Below are positions 19,163 to 22,205 of a DNA stretch of 22,205 nucleotides, one piece after another (position 1 is the stretch's first letter; the number at the start of each line of letters is the position of its first letter). Made by a program: the position numbers and the translations under genes. The DNA is from Fonticula alba ATCC 38817 (Eukaryota; Protista; Nucleariida): the NCBI GenBank assembly GCA_000388065.2, contig KB932212.1; one strand, given 5' to 3'. The notes under the pieces are model-generated. The model was not told where the DNA came from. It did not search any database and saw nothing but the letters and a program-made list of their open reading frames with translations.

Positions 19163-22100
19163 GGTGGGCGGGGTGGGGGGGGGGGGGCTGCGGGCAGGCG
19201 GCGGGGCGGCTCGAACGCGGGGCGGCTCGAACGGCGGCGGGACACACAAAGGGGGCTAGGTGGTGACCGGAGGCGAGGGTGGAGAGGGGTCGGCGAGGTG
19301 GGGGTCAGCACCAAGGAGGGAGGAGGGAGAGAGAGGGAGGGGAGGGGAGTGCAGCAGCAGAGACAAGGAGGGGAGCTGGGACAGGGGCGAGGGCGAGGTC
19401 GCCGTACGGGGGGGGGGGGGGGAGGGGGGCAGGCGTGGGAGAGGGGGGGTGCCCCATTGGCGCCGGGCGCCGGGCGATCGGCACGCTGGCAGATCAACAA
19501 CGGCCGGGTGCTGACGCCGGTGGGGAGGGCGCGAGGCGGGCCCTCCCCCCGGCCCCCGCCGCTCCGGCCGGCCGCCCGGCCCCCGGGCAGGCGGCGAGGG
19601 CCTTGCCTTGGGAGGGGGAACGCGCGCGCGCGCGCGCGCATGCGCCTGGCGGGGGAAAATAACAACGGAATGCCCCGCGACCGCGGGGCCCGGGGTCCTT
19701 CCCCTACCGGGCTGGGCCTGCAGAGGCCGGGCTGGTGTGGGCGGCCGCCGGGCGCGCGCACCCGCACACACATCCCACGATGGCCCTTCGCCATCCTTCC
19801 TCCGGGAATTAGGCCCCCCGCGGTGGGGGTGGGGCTTTGGGGCCGGGCCGGGCCGGGCCGGGCCGGGCCGGGGGGGGGGGGGCCCGCGTGCATGCACGGC
19901 CTCCCGCCCGCGGGACGCGCCTCGGCGCTCACAAGGGGTGGGGCGCGCCAGACGCCGGGGGTGGGGGGGAATGACACGTCCGTCGGCGAGGGTTGCCCCG
20001 GCGCGGCCGGGCGCCCGGCCGCGCCGGGGCACCGGCCGGCGGGCAGGCAGGATTAATCCACCACGCCGGTGCGGCCGCCGCCGTTGTCGCCGCCCTGCCC
20101 CCCCCCCCCCCAGGCTCCGAGGCCGAGGGGGGAAGGGCCGGAAAACAATAACAGCAGAGCCGCCCCGCAAGATGAGATCATCCTTGGGCGTGTGTGGGCG
20201 CGGCAGAAGATGAATACGCCGATATATTATTGGCCTGTGATGGCTTATTTTCTTTTGGCCTTTTTGGGGGCTTCCTTGCCCCCCGGCCCCCCCCCCGCTG
20301 GCTGGCTGGCTGGCCGGCCGGACTCCCCTCTGCTCGCTCGGCCCCGGAGGGTACGTGTGTGCATCACAGGGCCAGCAGAGCGCGAGAGCACCGCTGGGCG
20401 CCGGGCGGGGGGGACCTGCGGACTCATCCCGCGCCCTCTCTTCGGAGAAGTCCGCCAGAACAAGGCCCATTCTTTGGCCGCCTTCAGGGGGGGGGGGGGG
20501 GGGGGGGGGGGGAGAAATCTCCGGGCCGGTGGGGCGCCCGATGCGGAAAATCCGGAGGACCTAAACTCGGCTGGACTCCCGGAGGGTGATGGCCGCGCAT
20601 CCACCGGCAAACACCCGCAGACAGACGCACCCGCGCGCCTCGCGGGCCCGATCATGCCGGGCGCGAAGTGCATCCAGCTCCCGCCCCCCCCCGGCCCGCC
20701 TGCAAGGACAGTCTCTGCAGGAGGAGCCGAGCGCGGGGGCCGACACACCGGCCAGCCGGAACAGGCTGGCGATGCCGGCGTCAACAGCCCCGGCGCACAT
20801 CATCGGCCCCCGGGGGGGGGGGGCTCGCCGACCGGGCTTTCCGCCTCTCTCTCTCTTTTGCCGATGGCCCCCACCCTCGCGCCCCTGCTTCCGTGCGGGA
20901 GCAGCAGGAGGCGCGCGCGCGCGCGGTGCCGGGCGCCCTCGCGCCGGATCGCCGGCAGCTGGGCGCGATTCGTGGGCACGCTCCATCAGAACTGCGTGTC
21001 ACGCGAGGGACCCGGACGCACGGGACCCGGGGCGCTGTGCGCCAGCCCGGCGCATCTTGACGCCCCCGGCCTGGGCCGGGGTGTGTTGCCCGCGGCCGCC
21101 GGCCGGTTTTTCCTTGCTGCCCGCGCGCGGACGGGCAATCTGCCCTGGCGGGGCTCTGCGGCGCGTGTTCGCCGGGTCCGAAACGAGGCACGGCGCGAGT
21201 CCGCCTGCACCCATCCCGGGGAGAGGGGGCGGCGAGCCAGCACAGGCGGCTGCCCGTGAGGCGGCGACCCAGGGGGGCCGCTGGCCGCCTCTCGGATCGG
21301 GCTGATGCGTGTGGGAAAATGGCCTGCGCCCCCCCCCCCCCCCCCCCCCCCCCGGGCCGAGGGGACCCTCTGCCGGCGGCTCCCGCTGCTCCTTCGGGCA
21401 CGGGCCTGGGGCATGGAAAGGCCGGCGTGGCCTCTCCCCCCAGGCAGCGCCCCTCCCTCCTGGTACTACTCTAGGTGAAACCGTGTAACTGCGCCGGGGC
21501 CGGAGTTGGCGACGTGGCGCGCCCGCTTGTCGTCGTCCCCCCTTCCCGGCGGCGGGCTGGGAGCAGCGTGCGGAGACGTTCTCAGGGCGGCTGCGGCCGT
21601 CGGGCGGGCGATGCCCCGGCGATCGGGGGGGGCCCCTCCGGTGCCTGGCCGGGGCCGGGGCCGCCGGGCGGTCCCGAGGAGTGGGCGTGTCGTCGTAGTG
21701 CCTGCGGGGGGCCCCGCAAATGTCCGGCGCGTGGTCGCCCGCCCCCCCCCCCTCCCGGACACGCCGGCCGCCACCCGCCGGCGCACCCCCCCCACAACGC
21801 ATGCCGTGCACGTCTGGACGCCTCTGCGTGCGCATGTATGCCGGGCCGGCGGGCGGCATGGGCGCCGAAGACCCCGGGGACGCACATGCGCGCGTGCGCG
21901 CGCGTCCGCCCCACTCCCGTGGGGAAGGTTTTCCCCCTGCCGGTTCGAAGACGCGCGCTCCCCGCCTTCGCGGCGCGCGTCCTCTCGCACCCCACACTAT
22001 GGGTATGAGGTTGTCGGGCCCGCCCCCCCCCCCCAAGTTCCGAGCCCCGGGGCTGGGCGGCTGGGCTCCCCCGCACCCACGGCTCCGGACAACCTCGCCC

Positions 22101-22205
22101 CCTCCTGTACCAGGCCGGGCGGGCCTCTCGGCCCCGCGCCGGCGCGGGGACCCCGCTCGTACGCCCCAGACGCGTGCGGTAGACAACGTGTGCTCCCCCC
22201 CCCCC

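Noticed and set aside
19260-22205. Long ORFs upstream of TMEM243 (for example 20069-21259 and 20999-22186)
   Set aside because: Gly/Arg/Pro/Ala-rich translations through homopolymer runs with no domain signal; treated as intergenic.

Overview
GC-rich, intron-rich eukaryotic draft sequence with five N gaps and many (CA/TG)n and poly-C/G tracts. The style resembles a nucleariid-like opisthokont such as Fonticula, but this is inference only. By reading splice sites and codon phases by hand I reconstruct five spliced protein genes and one tRNA: (1) mitochondrial ClpB/Hsp78 disaggregase (-, 4 exons) with a TATA box and two heat-shock-element-like motifs upstream; (2) SMYD/Set6-like SET-MYND methyltransferase (+, 7 exons), whose last 920 bp appear twice across a 10-N gap; (3) intron-containing tRNA-Tyr(GUA); (4) secreted M43B (pappalysin/ulilysin-like) metzincin (-, 7 exons); (5) EXS-family (ERD1/XPR1-like) membrane protein (+); (6) TMEM243 homolog with an extra Cys-rich C-terminal exon (-). 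The most striking feature is that the EXS exons are out of order: two exons encoding the N-terminal helices lie inside a downstream intron, bounded by poly-C tracts. A mis-assembly is the most likely cause, but it is easy to test. Other points of interest are a Tyr-to-Val change in the Hsp78 NBD1 pore loop, a near-universal +4C splice donor (GTGCGT/GTACG) and the TMEM243 extension. I found no CRISPR array, mobile element or clearly new multi-gene system.
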